NCBI GenBank assembly: GCA_034722095.1
Contig: JAYENM010000169.1
Location: 1-51,508, forward strand
DNA: 51,508 nucleotides
Direction of reading: 5' to 3'
Origin: a candidate division WOR-3 bacterium
GTDB taxonomy: Bacteria > Hydrothermota > UBA3073
The translations under genes and the position numbers were made by a program. The number at the start of each line of letters is the position of its first letter. Position 1 is the stretch's first letter. This document shows positions 1-8,153 of the stretch, piece by piece. The notes under the pieces are model-generated. The model saw only the letters and a list, made by a program, of their open reading frames with translations, did not search any database and was not told where the DNA came from.

Positions 1-570
1 TGGGAGACACTTGCATCATATATTCTCTCTGCAAACAATAATATCCCAAATATTAAAAGGATGGTGGAAAATCTCTCACAGAGGCTTGGCGAGAGAAGAG
101 AGATTGAGGGGTATTCAGGATTTACATTTCCATCTCCCTCTGCCATATTAAAGAATAAGGATATTGTGAACAAATGCAGGCTCGGATTCAGATGTGATTA
201 TCTCATTAAAGCGGCAGAAATGATAAGAGAAGAAAGGATAGAATTAGTAAAAATTAGCAGGCTTTCCTATGAAGAATGCAGAGAAGAACTTATGAAGATC
301 AAGGGGGTTGGAGGAAAGATTGCAGATTGTGTTGCACTCTTTTCTTTCGGTATGTATGAGGCATTTCCTGTGGATGTATGGATAAGGAGAATAATAAGAA
401 ATCTTTACTTTTCTAATAACAAGGTAAGTAATAGGGAAATACGACATTTTGCAATGAGATACTTTGGAAGATACTGCGGGTACGCCCAAGAATATCTTTA
501 CTGCCTTTACAGACTAAATCAGCCAAAGGGGATTACCTCACAAACAGCGGAGCAAGCACAAGGGATATAA
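1..570 (+). CDS. ogg: 8-oxoguanine DNA glycosylase/AP lyase, OGG1-type HhH-GPD family; 5' end lies outside the window
   Basis: The frame is open from base 1 (WETLASYILSANNNIPNIKR precedes the track's first ATG at 61). A helix-hairpin-helix with the catalytic Lys (GVGGKIADCVALF) is followed by FPVDVW, colinear with OGG1 GVGTKVADCICL...VPVDVH. Stop is at 568-570. Confidence 0.8.
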   Translation, partial: WETLASYILSANNNIPNIKRMVENLSQRLGERREIEGYSGFTFPSPSAILKNKDIVNKCRLGFRCDYLIKAAEMIREERIELVKISRLSYEECREELMKIKGVGGKIADCVALFSFGMYEAFPVDVWIRRIIRNLYFSNNKVSNREIRHFAMRYFGRYCGYAQEYLYCLYRLNQPKGITSQTAEQAQGI

Positions 571-2557
571 CGGTCATCAGTTTTATAAGGATGTTTATTG
601 AGGGACCTATTGTATCCTTTAAGGGGTCACCAACAGTATCACCGATTACTGCTGCCTTATGCGCCTCTGTTCCTTTTCCTCCGAGCGCACCATTCTCTAT
701 ATATTTTTTGGCATTATCAAGTGCCGCACCCGTGTTTGCACACTGAATTGCCAGCACAAGCCCCGTGACAAGTGCGCCCATAAGAACCCCTGCAAGCACC
801 ACAGGACCAAGAAATACCCCAACAAGCACCGGTATCACAATGACAAGTATCCCCGGCAGCATCATACTCTTGATAGCTCCCTTTGTAGCAATGTCCACAC
901 ATCTTGATACATCAGGTGTTGCCTTGCCTTCTATGAGTCCTCTTATCTCCTTGAACTGCCTCCTTACCTCATCTATAATTTTCTCCGCAACCCTTCCAAC
1001 ACCCCCTGCCAGAAGAGAGCCAAAAAGATAGGGTATCATTCCGCCAACCAAGAGTCCCACAACAAGCCAGGGGTCTGTCAATGAAAGCCGTACAGGCGCT
1101 TGTGCAAATCTATTTATAGTGGCAAGATATGCAACAAATAATCCAACCGCTGCAAACGCAGCACTCCCTATTGCAAATCCTTTACCTATCGCAGCTGTGG
1201 TATTACCGACAGCATCGAGCGAGTCTGTAATCTTCCTCACCTCTTCTGGTAACTCTGCCATCTGTGCTATACCTCCTGCATTATCCGCAACAGGTCCATA
1301 CGAATCAACTGCAAGGGTTATCCCGAGTATTGAGAGCATACCAAAGGATGCAAGTGCAATACCATAAATACCGCCAGATTTGTAGCCCACCAGTATACTT
1401 ATGCCTATAATCACAACAGGAATAAGGGTGCTTCCCATACCAAGTCCTAATCCGTTTACCACCATTACCGCAGGACCCCTAACAGCCGATTTCGCAAGCT
1501 CCTTTGTTGGTTTATACTTGTAGGATGTGTAGAACTCTGACACAAGTCCAATTATAATCCCTGATATCACACCTGCTATTATACACCATAGAAGACCCAT
1601 TGCAGAGAATCTCTGCGCACTGTCTATATATTCAATGCCGGATGCCCGAAGTATAAAGAAACCACCCAGAATCATAAGCACAGCAGACAAGTATACACCA
1701 GAATTTAGCGCGTTCTGTGGGTCCCTTACTCTTCCGCTCTTCACCCATAATGCTCCGATAATACTTGACACAATGCCCCAGGATGCAAGGGAAAGGGGAA
1801 GCCTAACGAGACTGCCTCTTACAACCAGGAGGCTTGTTCCTATTGCAATCGCTGCAATTATTGATTCAACGTAGGATTCAAGCAGGTCTGCTCCAAGTCC
1901 TGCAGTATCCCCTACATTATCTCCAACATTGTCCGCTATCACGGCAGGATTTCTCGGGTCATCCTCCGGTATATTCTGTTCAACTTTTCCTACCAGATCA
2001 GCCCCCATATCTGCACCTTTCGTATATATACCACCACCCGCACGGGCAAATAGTGCAAAGAGAGATGCTCCCATCGCGTAACCATTTATTGCAGTGGGAT
2101 CGCCACCAAAGAGGACAAACACTCCTGAAAGGCCAAGAAGTCCTATACCAACCACCACAAGACCAGTGGTCGCACCACCTGTAAATGAAACAGATAATGC
2201 CTCTTTTAAACCCGTTCGTGCAGCCTCTGCGGTTCTACAGTTCGCCTTTGTGCCGATAGACATAGCAAGATAACCTGATAAAGCAGATGCAATAGTTCCG
2301 ATTACAAAGCACACAGCAGTCCGCCAGTTTACATCAAGCCCCCTCCTGCCCAGAAGAACAAGAAATAATGCAACTATACCAACCACTATGAATACATACG
2401 AATACTCCCTTTTAAGAAATGTTTGCGCACCGTCCTGAATTAAAGAGGAAATCTCTCTCATCTTCTCATTCCCCTGCGGCTTTTTGAGAAGCGATATAGC
2501 AAACACAAGAATTACAAAAAGGGCAAGTCCAGATGCAACGAACGGGACCCAAATCAT
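533..2557 (-). CDS. hppA: membrane-bound pyrophosphate-energised cation pump (H+/Na+-PPase), K+-dependent subfamily
   Basis: A 674-aa polytopic membrane protein with diagnostic motifs GGIYTKGADMGADLVGKVE, DNVGDNVGD, AVGNTTAAIGKGFAIGSAA and GDTVGDPLKD. Ala rather than Lys in GNTTAA is the known K+-dependent signature. SD GGAGGG lies upstream of the ATG at 2557. Confidence 0.95.
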   Translation of the reverse strand: MIWVPFVASGLALFVILVFAISLLKKPQGNEKMREISSLIQDGAQTFLKREYSYVFIVVGIVALFLVLLGRRGLDVNWRTAVCFVIGTIASALSGYLAMSIGTKANCRTAEAARTGLKEALSVSFTGGATTGLVVVGIGLLGLSGVFVLFGGDPTAINGYAMGASLFALFARAGGGIYTKGADMGADLVGKVEQNIPEDDPRNPAVIADNVGDNVGDTAGLGADLLESYVESIIAAIAIGTSLLVVRGSLVRLPLSLASWGIVSSIIGALWVKSGRVRDPQNALNSGVYLSAVLMILGGFFILRASGIEYIDSAQRFSAMGLLWCIIAGVISGIIIGLVSEFYTSYKYKPTKELAKSAVRGPAVMVVNGLGLGMGSTLIPVVIIGISILVGYKSGGIYGIALASFGMLSILGITLAVDSYGPVADNAGGIAQMAELPEEVRKITDSLDAVGNTTAAIGKGFAIGSAAFAAVGLFVAYLATINRFAQAPVRLSLTDPWLVVGLLVGGMIPYLFGSLLAGGVGRVAEKIIDEVRRQFKEIRGLIEGKATPDVSRCVDIATKGAIKSMMLPGILVIVIPVLVGVFLGPVVLAGVLMGALVTGLVLAIQCANTGAALDNAKKYIENGALGGKGTEAHKAAVIGDTVGDPLKDTIGPSINILIKLMTVISLVLAPLFVR

Positions 2558-2593
2558 ATTTCCCTCCTATACTGGATTACGAATTACGGTGGA

Positions 2594-2622
2594 AGTATAC
2601 CATAAACTCCACAAAAAGTCAA
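2594..2622 (-). promoter_or_regulatory. sigma70-type promoter for hppA (TTGACT-N17-TATACT read on the minus strand)
   Basis: The reverse complement of 2594-2622 reads TTGACT, a 17-nt spacer, then TATACT. It lies about 35 nt upstream of the hppA start codon. Confidence 0.5.
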
Positions 2623-2632
2623 GAAAAAAATC

Positions 2633-2661
2633 TTGACTTTTCTCTGTTTATATGCTATAAT
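2633..2661 (+). promoter_or_regulatory. sigma70-type promoter (TTGACT-N17-TATAAT) facing prs
   Basis: TTGACT is at 2633-2638, the spacer is exactly 17 nt, and TATAAT is at 2656-2661. The -35 box is the mirror arm of the hppA -35 box. Confidence 0.55.
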
Positions 2662-2667
2662 ATAGAT

Positions 2668-2768
2668 GGTAATTGGGTTATTGAGTAACTAAGTTATTAG
2701 GTCATTAGGTAATTAAGTTATTAGGTCACTTGGTTATCAGGTAATTGGGTAATTAAGTTATTGAGTAC
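2668..2768. repeat. degenerate tandem array of GTTATTAGG-like 9-mers (about 40-nt super-period, 2.5 copies)
   Basis: GTTATTGAG, GTTATTAGG, GTTATTAGG, GTTATCAGG and GTTATTGAG start at 2677, 2693, 2717, 2733 and 2757. Spacing alternates 16/24/16/24 nt, with TAATTAA/TAATTGG linkers. Confidence 0.8.
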
Positions 2769-2780
2769 TTTATCCTTTTA

Positions 2781-2867
2781 CTGTAATCTATAATATGTAA
2801 TCTAAAATCTGATCTTAGTATTCTTTGTGTCCTTTCTACCTATCGGCAGACAGGTGTGGTAAAAAAA
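2781..2867. repeat. interspersed intergenic repeat R1, copy a
   Basis: TAATCTAAAATCTGA...TTCTTTGTGTCCTTTCTACCTATCGGCAGACAGGTGTGGTAAAAA recurs with few changes at 4217-4302. It contains a CCTxTC-N4-GAxAGG hairpin. Confidence 0.8.
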
Positions 2868-2878
2868 GATTGTAGGCA

Positions 2879-2911
2879 CGCCTGCCTGACGCCTGCCTGC
2901 CGGTAGGCAGG
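2879..2911. repeat. interspersed intergenic repeat R2, copy a
   Basis: The 33-nt CGCCTGCCTGACGCCTGCCTGCCGGTAGGCAGG is identical at 5659-5691. It contains a CCTGCC/GGCAGG hairpin. Confidence 0.9.
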
Positions 2912-3069
2912 GCAGTCAGGGTTTCAAACCGAGGATACAAATTGAATTTCCCGCCCATGACGGGTCGTATGACCTGTGACGGGACAGGTGTGCCTACAAC
3001 TGTGCAATTTGTGGCTATAATTTTGATATTTGCATTTTAATTTTTGATTTGACTTTTTAGGGGGGTTTT

Positions 3070-4002
3070 ATGCCTGAGGGACTCAAGGTATTTGGCGGTA
3101 GGTCAAATCCATCACTTACAAAAAAAATATGTGAATACCTTGGTATAGAGGGAGAAGGCATCACCTGTAAGAGATTCTCTGATGGAGAAATATATGTAAA
3201 GATAAATGAGAATGTGAGAGGGGTAGATGTATTTCTTGTCCAGTCAACCCATCCACCAGGAGACAATCTTTTTGAGCTTCTTCTTATGATAGATGCGGCA
3301 AAGAGAGCGTCTGCAGAGAGGATTACAGCAGTTATTCCCTACTTCGGTTATGCAAGACAGGATAAGAAGGATGAACCAAGGGTCCCAATATCTGCAAAAC
3401 TTGTCGCAGATCTCCTTGAAGTAGCAGGAGCAGACAGGATTCTTACCTGCGATCTCCATGCGGAGCAGATTCAAGGGTTCTTCGATGTTCCAGTTGACCA
3501 CCTCTATGCCCTTCCAGCCTTCTTAGAATATGCGGAAGGTATGGAGTTGTCTAACGTTACTGTAGTGTCGCCTGATGCAGGTAGGGTAAAAAGGGCGTGG
3601 GGATTTGCTAAGAGAATGGGTGGATTACCAATAGCTATCGTTGACAAGAGGAGACCAGCGCCAAATCAGTCTTATGTCACTAACATAGTAGGAAATGTAG
3701 TGGGTAGAAATGCCCTCATCGTGGACGACATCATTGACACAGGAGGGACCATATTGGGTGCAGTAGAGGCTTTAAAGTCTGCTGGAGTACTTGATGTATA
3801 TTGCTTCTGTACACATCCAATACTATCGGGAAACGCAAAAAAGAATATAGATTCATCGGAGATTATAAAATTTATAACGACTGATACAATCCCTGTTCAG
3901 TGGGATTCTCCCAAACTTATGGTTCTTTCCGTCTCAAAACTCCTTGGAGAGGCTATAAAGAGAATTCATAACCGTGAATCCGTAAGTTCATTGTTTGTTT
4001 AG
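3070..4002 (+). CDS. prs: ribose-phosphate pyrophosphokinase (PRPP synthetase)
   Basis: 310 aa with FSDGEIYVKI, PYFGYARQDKK, DLHAEQIQGFF and the PRPP-binding loop ALIVDDIIDTGGT. A GGGGGG SD lies before the ATG. Confidence 0.95.
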   Translation: MPEGLKVFGGRSNPSLTKKICEYLGIEGEGITCKRFSDGEIYVKINENVRGVDVFLVQSTHPPGDNLFELLLMIDAAKRASAERITAVIPYFGYARQDKKDEPRVPISAKLVADLLEVAGADRILTCDLHAEQIQGFFDVPVDHLYALPAFLEYAEGMELSNVTVVSPDAGRVKRAWGFAKRMGGLPIAIVDKRRPAPNQSYVTNIVGNVVGRNALIVDDIIDTGGTILGAVEALKSAGVLDVYCFCTHPILSGNAKKNIDSSEIIKFITTDTIPVQWDSPKLMVLSVSKLLGEAIKRIHNRESVSSLFV

Positions 4003-4216
4003 CTGTAGGGACAGGGCTCGTCCCTGTCCGAAACGCGGACAACCTGGACGCAGATACACGCAGATGTTCACAGATACAGATTGGCAGGCGTGCCGTCGGG
4101 AGTTACCTCTCATATCCATACGGATCCTGTGGACGAGTCTGTGACCCGATGGCAATTCAAGCTATGTCAGGAGGGATACCAAAGGTCGCCGTAAGGCAAC
4201 TCCTGACACCACGATT

Positions 4217-4302
4217 CTAACTACAATCTAAAGTCTGTAATCTGAAATCTCCTGGTGTTCTTTGTGCCTTTCTACCTGTCGGTAGACAGGTGTGGTGAAA
4301 AA
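4217..4302. repeat. interspersed intergenic repeat R1, copy b
   Basis: It aligns by eye with 2781-2867 (TAATCTGAAATCTCC...TTCTTTGTGCCTTTCTACCTGTCGGTAGACAGGTGTGGTGAAAAA). The track's N-terminal extension of the L25 ORF is just this repeat translated. Confidence 0.8.
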
Positions 4303-4332
4303 TCTTTAATCTTTCAATCTTGGGGGGTAATA

Positions 4333-4977
4333 ATGAAGACTCTTAAAATTGAAAAAAGAGATAAGACAGGTAAGAGTGAGACAAAACGGCTTAGAAAGGA
4401 TGGCAAAATCCCTGTAATAATTTATGGTCATGGAGAGAAAACCGATCACGCAATGGTTTCAAAAAAGGACCTGAAATCCTATCTGCATGAGCATAAGGAA
4501 GAGATCATAAAACTGGGAGTGGGTAAGGGGAAGAATGTGGTTGTAAAAGAGATACAGTATGACCCCATTACAGGGAAACCTATTCATATAGATTTTATGC
4601 ACATCCATAAAGGCGAAAAGTTAAAGATATCCATCCCCCTTATACTGGATGGCACTCCCGTTGGTGTAAAGGAAGGCGGTATATTGGAGCAATGGGTCAG
4701 AGAGGTTGCGATAGAATCTCTCCCGAAGGACATCCCGGATGAAATAAGGATTGATGTAGGCAGGCTAAAAATTGGCGAGTCACTCCATATAAAAGACCTC
4801 TCTGTAGGCGAAGGTGTGAATATCCTTCTCCCTCCTGAAGAGGCATTTGTCAGTGTAATGCCTCCGAGGAGAGAAGAGAAGAGGGTAGTAGTTGAGGAAG
4901 AGGAAGTAGAAGAAGAGGAAGTAGAGAGGGCAGCAGAAGAGGCAAAGGAAAAGGTGGAAGAGGAGACTGAGAAATGA
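4333..4977 (+). CDS. rplY: 50S ribosomal protein L25 / general stress protein Ctc
   Basis: The N-terminus MKTLKIEKRDKTGKSETKRLRKDGKIPVIIYGHGE is typical of L25/Ctc. The start is moved from 4255 to the ATG at 4333, behind a GGGGGG SD. The C-terminal tail is Glu-rich. The prs-rplY-pth order is a widely conserved cluster. Confidence 0.9.
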   Translation: MKTLKIEKRDKTGKSETKRLRKDGKIPVIIYGHGEKTDHAMVSKKDLKSYLHEHKEEIIKLGVGKGKNVVVKEIQYDPITGKPIHIDFMHIHKGEKLKISIPLILDGTPVGVKEGGILEQWVREVAIESLPKDIPDEIRIDVGRLKIGESLHIKDLSVGEGVNILLPPEEAFVSVMPPRREEKRVVVEEEEVEEEEVERAAEEAKEKVEEETEK

Positions 4978-5525
4978 ATATCCTTCTCGGTATAGGGAAT
5001 CCCTGCAGAGATCATGAATCTACACGACATAATATTGGATACCTCCTTATAAATGAACTCTCAAATAAATATAATATCCCTCTCAAGCCCGCAAAAGGCG
5101 ATTATCTTGAGGCAAATATTGAAATAGAAGGAGAAAGAGTAAAGATTGTAAGATCTCTTGTATTTATGAATAATTCGGGCGTGGTGGCAAAACAACTATC
5201 TGCTCTGCCCGATTTTTTACTGAAAAAGTTTATTGTGGTTCTGGACGACTTTGCTCTCCCGCTCGGAAGGATAAGAATAAGAAGAGGAGGGAGCTCTGGT
5301 GGGCATAGAGGACTTGAATCTATAATATATGCTCTTGGAAGTGCCAGATTCCCGAGACTACGCATCGGTATAGGTCCAGTTGAAGATGATGCGGTAGATT
5401 TTGTGCTTTCGGGGTTTACCGCAGAAGAAATAGACACCATCACAGAATCAATCAAAAGGGCAATAGTAGCAGTAGAGATTTTTGTGAAAGAGGGTATAGA
5501 GAAAGCAATGAACTACGCAAATTAG
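4974..5525 (+). CDS. pth: peptidyl-tRNA hydrolase
   Basis: GIGNPCRDHESTRHNIGYLL matches the GLGNPG..Y..TRHN motif, with FMNNSG and GGSSGGHRGLES also present. An ATGA start/stop overlap couples it to rplY. Confidence 0.9.
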   Translation: MNILLGIGNPCRDHESTRHNIGYLLINELSNKYNIPLKPAKGDYLEANIEIEGERVKIVRSLVFMNNSGVVAKQLSALPDFLLKKFIVVLDDFALPLGRIRIRRGGSSGGHRGLESIIYALGSARFPRLRIGIGPVEDDAVDFVLSGFTAEEIDTITESIKRAIVAVEIFVKEGIEKAMNYAN

Positions 5526-5658
5526 AGTAAGAGTTACAATAGGGCTTTATAAAACTAAGGAGTTCGAAACGGGGTTGACCCCGTTAAATAGAAGCATTTA
5601 CCGTAGCGCTCTGGCATTTATTGTTAAGTTATTTAACGGGGTAAACGGTGAGGAAACT

Positions 5659-5691
5659 CGCCTGCCTGACGCCTGCCTGCCGGTAGGCAGG
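5659..5691. repeat. interspersed intergenic repeat R2, copy b
   Basis: Identical 33-mer to 2879-2911. Confidence 0.9.
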
Positions 5692-5891
5692 TAACGATAC
5701 TCGAAACTGGAGGCTTGAGACTTGAAAAATACAGTTCATAGGTCACAGACTCGTATGAGATCCCTATGGAGGCGAGCATCGAGCATCAAAAAATCGAGCC
5801 TCGTTATGAGCATCTATACCGATAAACAAGGAATTTAAGGGATTACGAATTTTGTGAAAGGCACCGAGTTATAATTTAAGGAGGTGAACTA

Positions 5892-6734
5892 ATGGGTAGA
5901 AAAAAAGTATATATCATCGTAGGTGCTATCCTATTTCTTTTTCTTCTAACCATTGTCTCCATATCAATTGCATCAAGGCTTACTGCACGCCGGAGCATTG
6001 CACTGGTTGAGGTGAAGGGAGAGATTAGTGAATCAAAGGATGTGATCAAAAACCTTGAAAAGGTAAGGAAAAATCGTCTGATAAAAGGGGTTGTCATCTA
6101 TCTTAACACACCAGGTGGGGCGGTTGTTCCCTGTCAGGAGATAGTGGACGAGATAGATAGGCTGCAGGATGAAGAGAAGATTGTTGTGGCATCACTTGGA
6201 ACTGTTGCAGCATCTGGAGGATACTATATAGCATCTACAGCAGACAGGATAGTGGCAAATCCTGGAACCATCACGGGTTCAATAGGTGTGATAATGCAAT
6301 TGCCTTCTGTGGAAGAGCTCACAAAGAAGATCGGCATTGAGATGAGGGTGATAAAGTCAAGAAAATATAAGGACATAGCTTCCCCATTCAGGAAGATGGA
6401 AAAAGACGAGAGGGAACTATTACAGGATGTTGTGAATGATGTATATGACCAGTTTGTGGATGAGGTTGTAAAGAGTAGGGGGATTGAGAGAGATAGTGTG
6501 ATGAAGATTGCGGATGGGAGAATCTTCTCTGGGAAAAAGGCAAAAGAACTGGGGCTTGTTGATACACTCGGTAGCCTGGAAGATGCAATCATGATTGCAG
6601 GGGAACTTGCCGGGATAAAAGGCAAACCCACGGTAATCGAATTAAAGGAGCGAAAGATACCACGGATATTCAGGCTGTTCTCGTCTATTGAGAAGAGGAA
6701 AACTGTAAAACTCGAATATATCTTTAAACCGTAA
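5892..6734 (+). CDS. sppA: signal peptide peptidase SppA, 36K type (S49 family)
   Basis: It has a single N-terminal TM segment, then LNTPGGAV, AASGGYYIAS (Ser nucleophile region) and GSIGVIM. A strong AAGGAGGTG SD is present. Confidence 0.85.
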   Translation: MGRKKVYIIVGAILFLFLLTIVSISIASRLTARRSIALVEVKGEISESKDVIKNLEKVRKNRLIKGVVIYLNTPGGAVVPCQEIVDEIDRLQDEEKIVVASLGTVAASGGYYIASTADRIVANPGTITGSIGVIMQLPSVEELTKKIGIEMRVIKSRKYKDIASPFRKMEKDERELLQDVVNDVYDQFVDEVVKSRGIERDSVMKIADGRIFSGKKAKELGLVDTLGSLEDAIMIAGELAGIKGKPTVIELKERKIPRIFRLFSSIEKRKTVKLEYIFKP

Positions 6735-7064
6735 CTGTTCCCATTGAAGTTTAGTACTACTATCCGTTATAGACAGTGCAAAAAATACGATTTGAGCTGG
6801 TAGCCGCAGACTTCAGTCTGCGAATAGAAGATGCTATTCTGGATCGAATTTGCGCAACTTATCCTCAGGATCCGCACGGATCCCCAGGATCCGCACGGAA
6901 AAGTTGCGACTACCATGTTAAAATTTGACTTTTTGCACAGCCTGTGAATCTTGCGACTACCATTTTTTGACTTTCTGTGTAACCTGATTGGTCTTGCTCC
7001 TCCCGTGAATCTTCGGTAAGTAACTGTTATCCCAAAATATGCATTAGACGCAGATAAGAATATA

Positions 7065-7157
7065 GTAATTAAGTTATTAGGTAATTAGGTTATTGACTAT
7101 CTATCCATCACTGGGCAACCAATCCTTTAATAACTTAACGACTTAATAACTCAATGG
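7065..7157. repeat. inverted pair of GTTATTAGG-type 9-mer doublets flanking a 26-nt core
   Basis: The left arm is GTAATTAAGTTATTAGGTAATTAGGTTATTGAC (7065-7097). The right arm 7124-7157 is the reverse complement of CCATTGAGTTATTAAGTCGTTAAGTTATTAAAGG. The word family is the same as in the 2668-2768 array. Confidence 0.7.
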
Positions 7158-7195
7158 TTTGTATCTTGTGGTTTATTAAAGCATAATCTGAGATT

Positions 7196-8092
7196 ATGAA
7201 ACCTATCACCTGCATAGATGTCGGAGGGACATTCATAAAGGCGGGGAATGTTGTGAATGGTAAGGTAAGGCACGAGATAAAGATAGAGACGGGCGAGACA
7301 GGCATGCTTACAAGAACCCTCTTACAGATTATCGTTGAACTGGGTGGCGAGGCAGTTGGTATCGGCATGGCAGGGCTGGTGGATGCAGACGGTACAATCT
7401 CATCCCCACCCAATTTCCCCGGGATAGAATCGCTTCCTTTAAAAGAAATCCTTCAAGAGGAACTCAATATTCCTGTGTTTGTTGATAATGATGCAAACAT
7501 GGCAGCCCTCGGCGAGCATAGATATGGAGCAGGAAGAGGGGTAAAGAATCTTATTATGCTTACACTTGGCACAGGTGTTGGCGGCGGAATCATCATAAAT
7601 GACAAGGTCTATCATGGCAGGGGATATGCAGGGGAGGTTGGGCACATCACGATAGACCCCAACGGTCCCCTCTGTCTATGTGGGAATTATGGCTGCCTTG
7701 AGAGTTACATAGGTGCTGACAGAATAACAGAGAGGGCGAGGGAATATGTGAGAATGGGGGTGGAAACCAGGCTAAGGAGTTATGCGGGTAACATCACACC
7801 AGAGATTATAGAGGATGAAGCCTACAAGGGTGACCATGTTGCAATGGATATTGTGGCGGAGATGGCAAAATTTCTTGGAATCGCTATTTCAAATTACTGT
7901 GCTATTCTTGATCCTGATAGGGTGATAATAGGTGGCGGATTGTCAAAAATGGGGGATATTTTGCTCTCAGGTGTCAAGCGAGAAGTTGGAAGGAGACTGT
8001 ATTCAAGGAAAGATATAGATATCGTGTTTAGTGAACTTGGCGACAGGGCGGGTATACTCGGATGCTACGAAATGGTAATCCACTCGATATAG
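7196..8092 (+). CDS. ROK-family sugar kinase (glucokinase-like)
   Basis: It has the N-terminal ATP-binding CIDVGGTFIKAG and the ROK signature with Zn-Cys motif GYAGEVGHITIDPNGPLCLCGNYGCLESY. Confidence 0.85.
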   Translation: MKPITCIDVGGTFIKAGNVVNGKVRHEIKIETGETGMLTRTLLQIIVELGGEAVGIGMAGLVDADGTISSPPNFPGIESLPLKEILQEELNIPVFVDNDANMAALGEHRYGAGRGVKNLIMLTLGTGVGGGIIINDKVYHGRGYAGEVGHITIDPNGPLCLCGNYGCLESYIGADRITERAREYVRMGVETRLRSYAGNITPEIIEDEAYKGDHVAMDIVAEMAKFLGIAISNYCAILDPDRVIIGGGLSKMGDILLSGVKREVGRRLYSRKDIDIVFSELGDRAGILGCYEMVIHSI

Positions 8093-8099
8093 TCCAATT

Positions 8100-8120
8100 G
8101 GCACAAATTGAATTTGTGCC
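8100..8120 (+). terminator. perfect 10-bp palindrome hairpin downstream of the ROK kinase gene (possible terminator; member of the repeat vocabulary)
   Basis: GGCACAAATT-g-AATTTGTGCC starts 8 nt after the stop codon. There is no clear T-tract, so terminator function is uncertain. Confidence 0.4.
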
Positions 8121-8153
8121 TACATTCTCCCTTTCTCCTTATGAATTTTTCAC

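Noticed and set aside
659-2184. Several plus-strand ORFs (659-907, 765-1031, 1119-1367, 1635-1874, 1834-2184) and the minus-strand ORF 717-902 inside hppA.
   Set aside because: They are antisense or off-frame shadows of a highly conserved 674-aa membrane pump. Their composition is low-complexity (P/T/S/H-rich) and they have no SD.
2668-2768. Possible CRISPR array.
   Set aside because: The repeat words are 9 nt with 7-15-nt linkers that are themselves repetitive. There are no unique spacers and no cas genes, so this is a degenerate tandem repeat.
4255-4332. 26-codon N-terminal extension of the L25 ORF given in the track (MFFVPFYLSVDRCGEKSLIFQSWGVI).
   Set aside because: It is the translation of interspersed repeat R1, which occurs non-codingly at 2821-2867. 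A GGGGGG SD and the typical L25 N-terminus begin at the ATG at 4333.
4584-5030. 148-aa minus-strand ORF rich in Ser.
   Set aside because: It is the mirror image of the Glu-rich tail of L25 and the start of pth. It is an antisense artefact.
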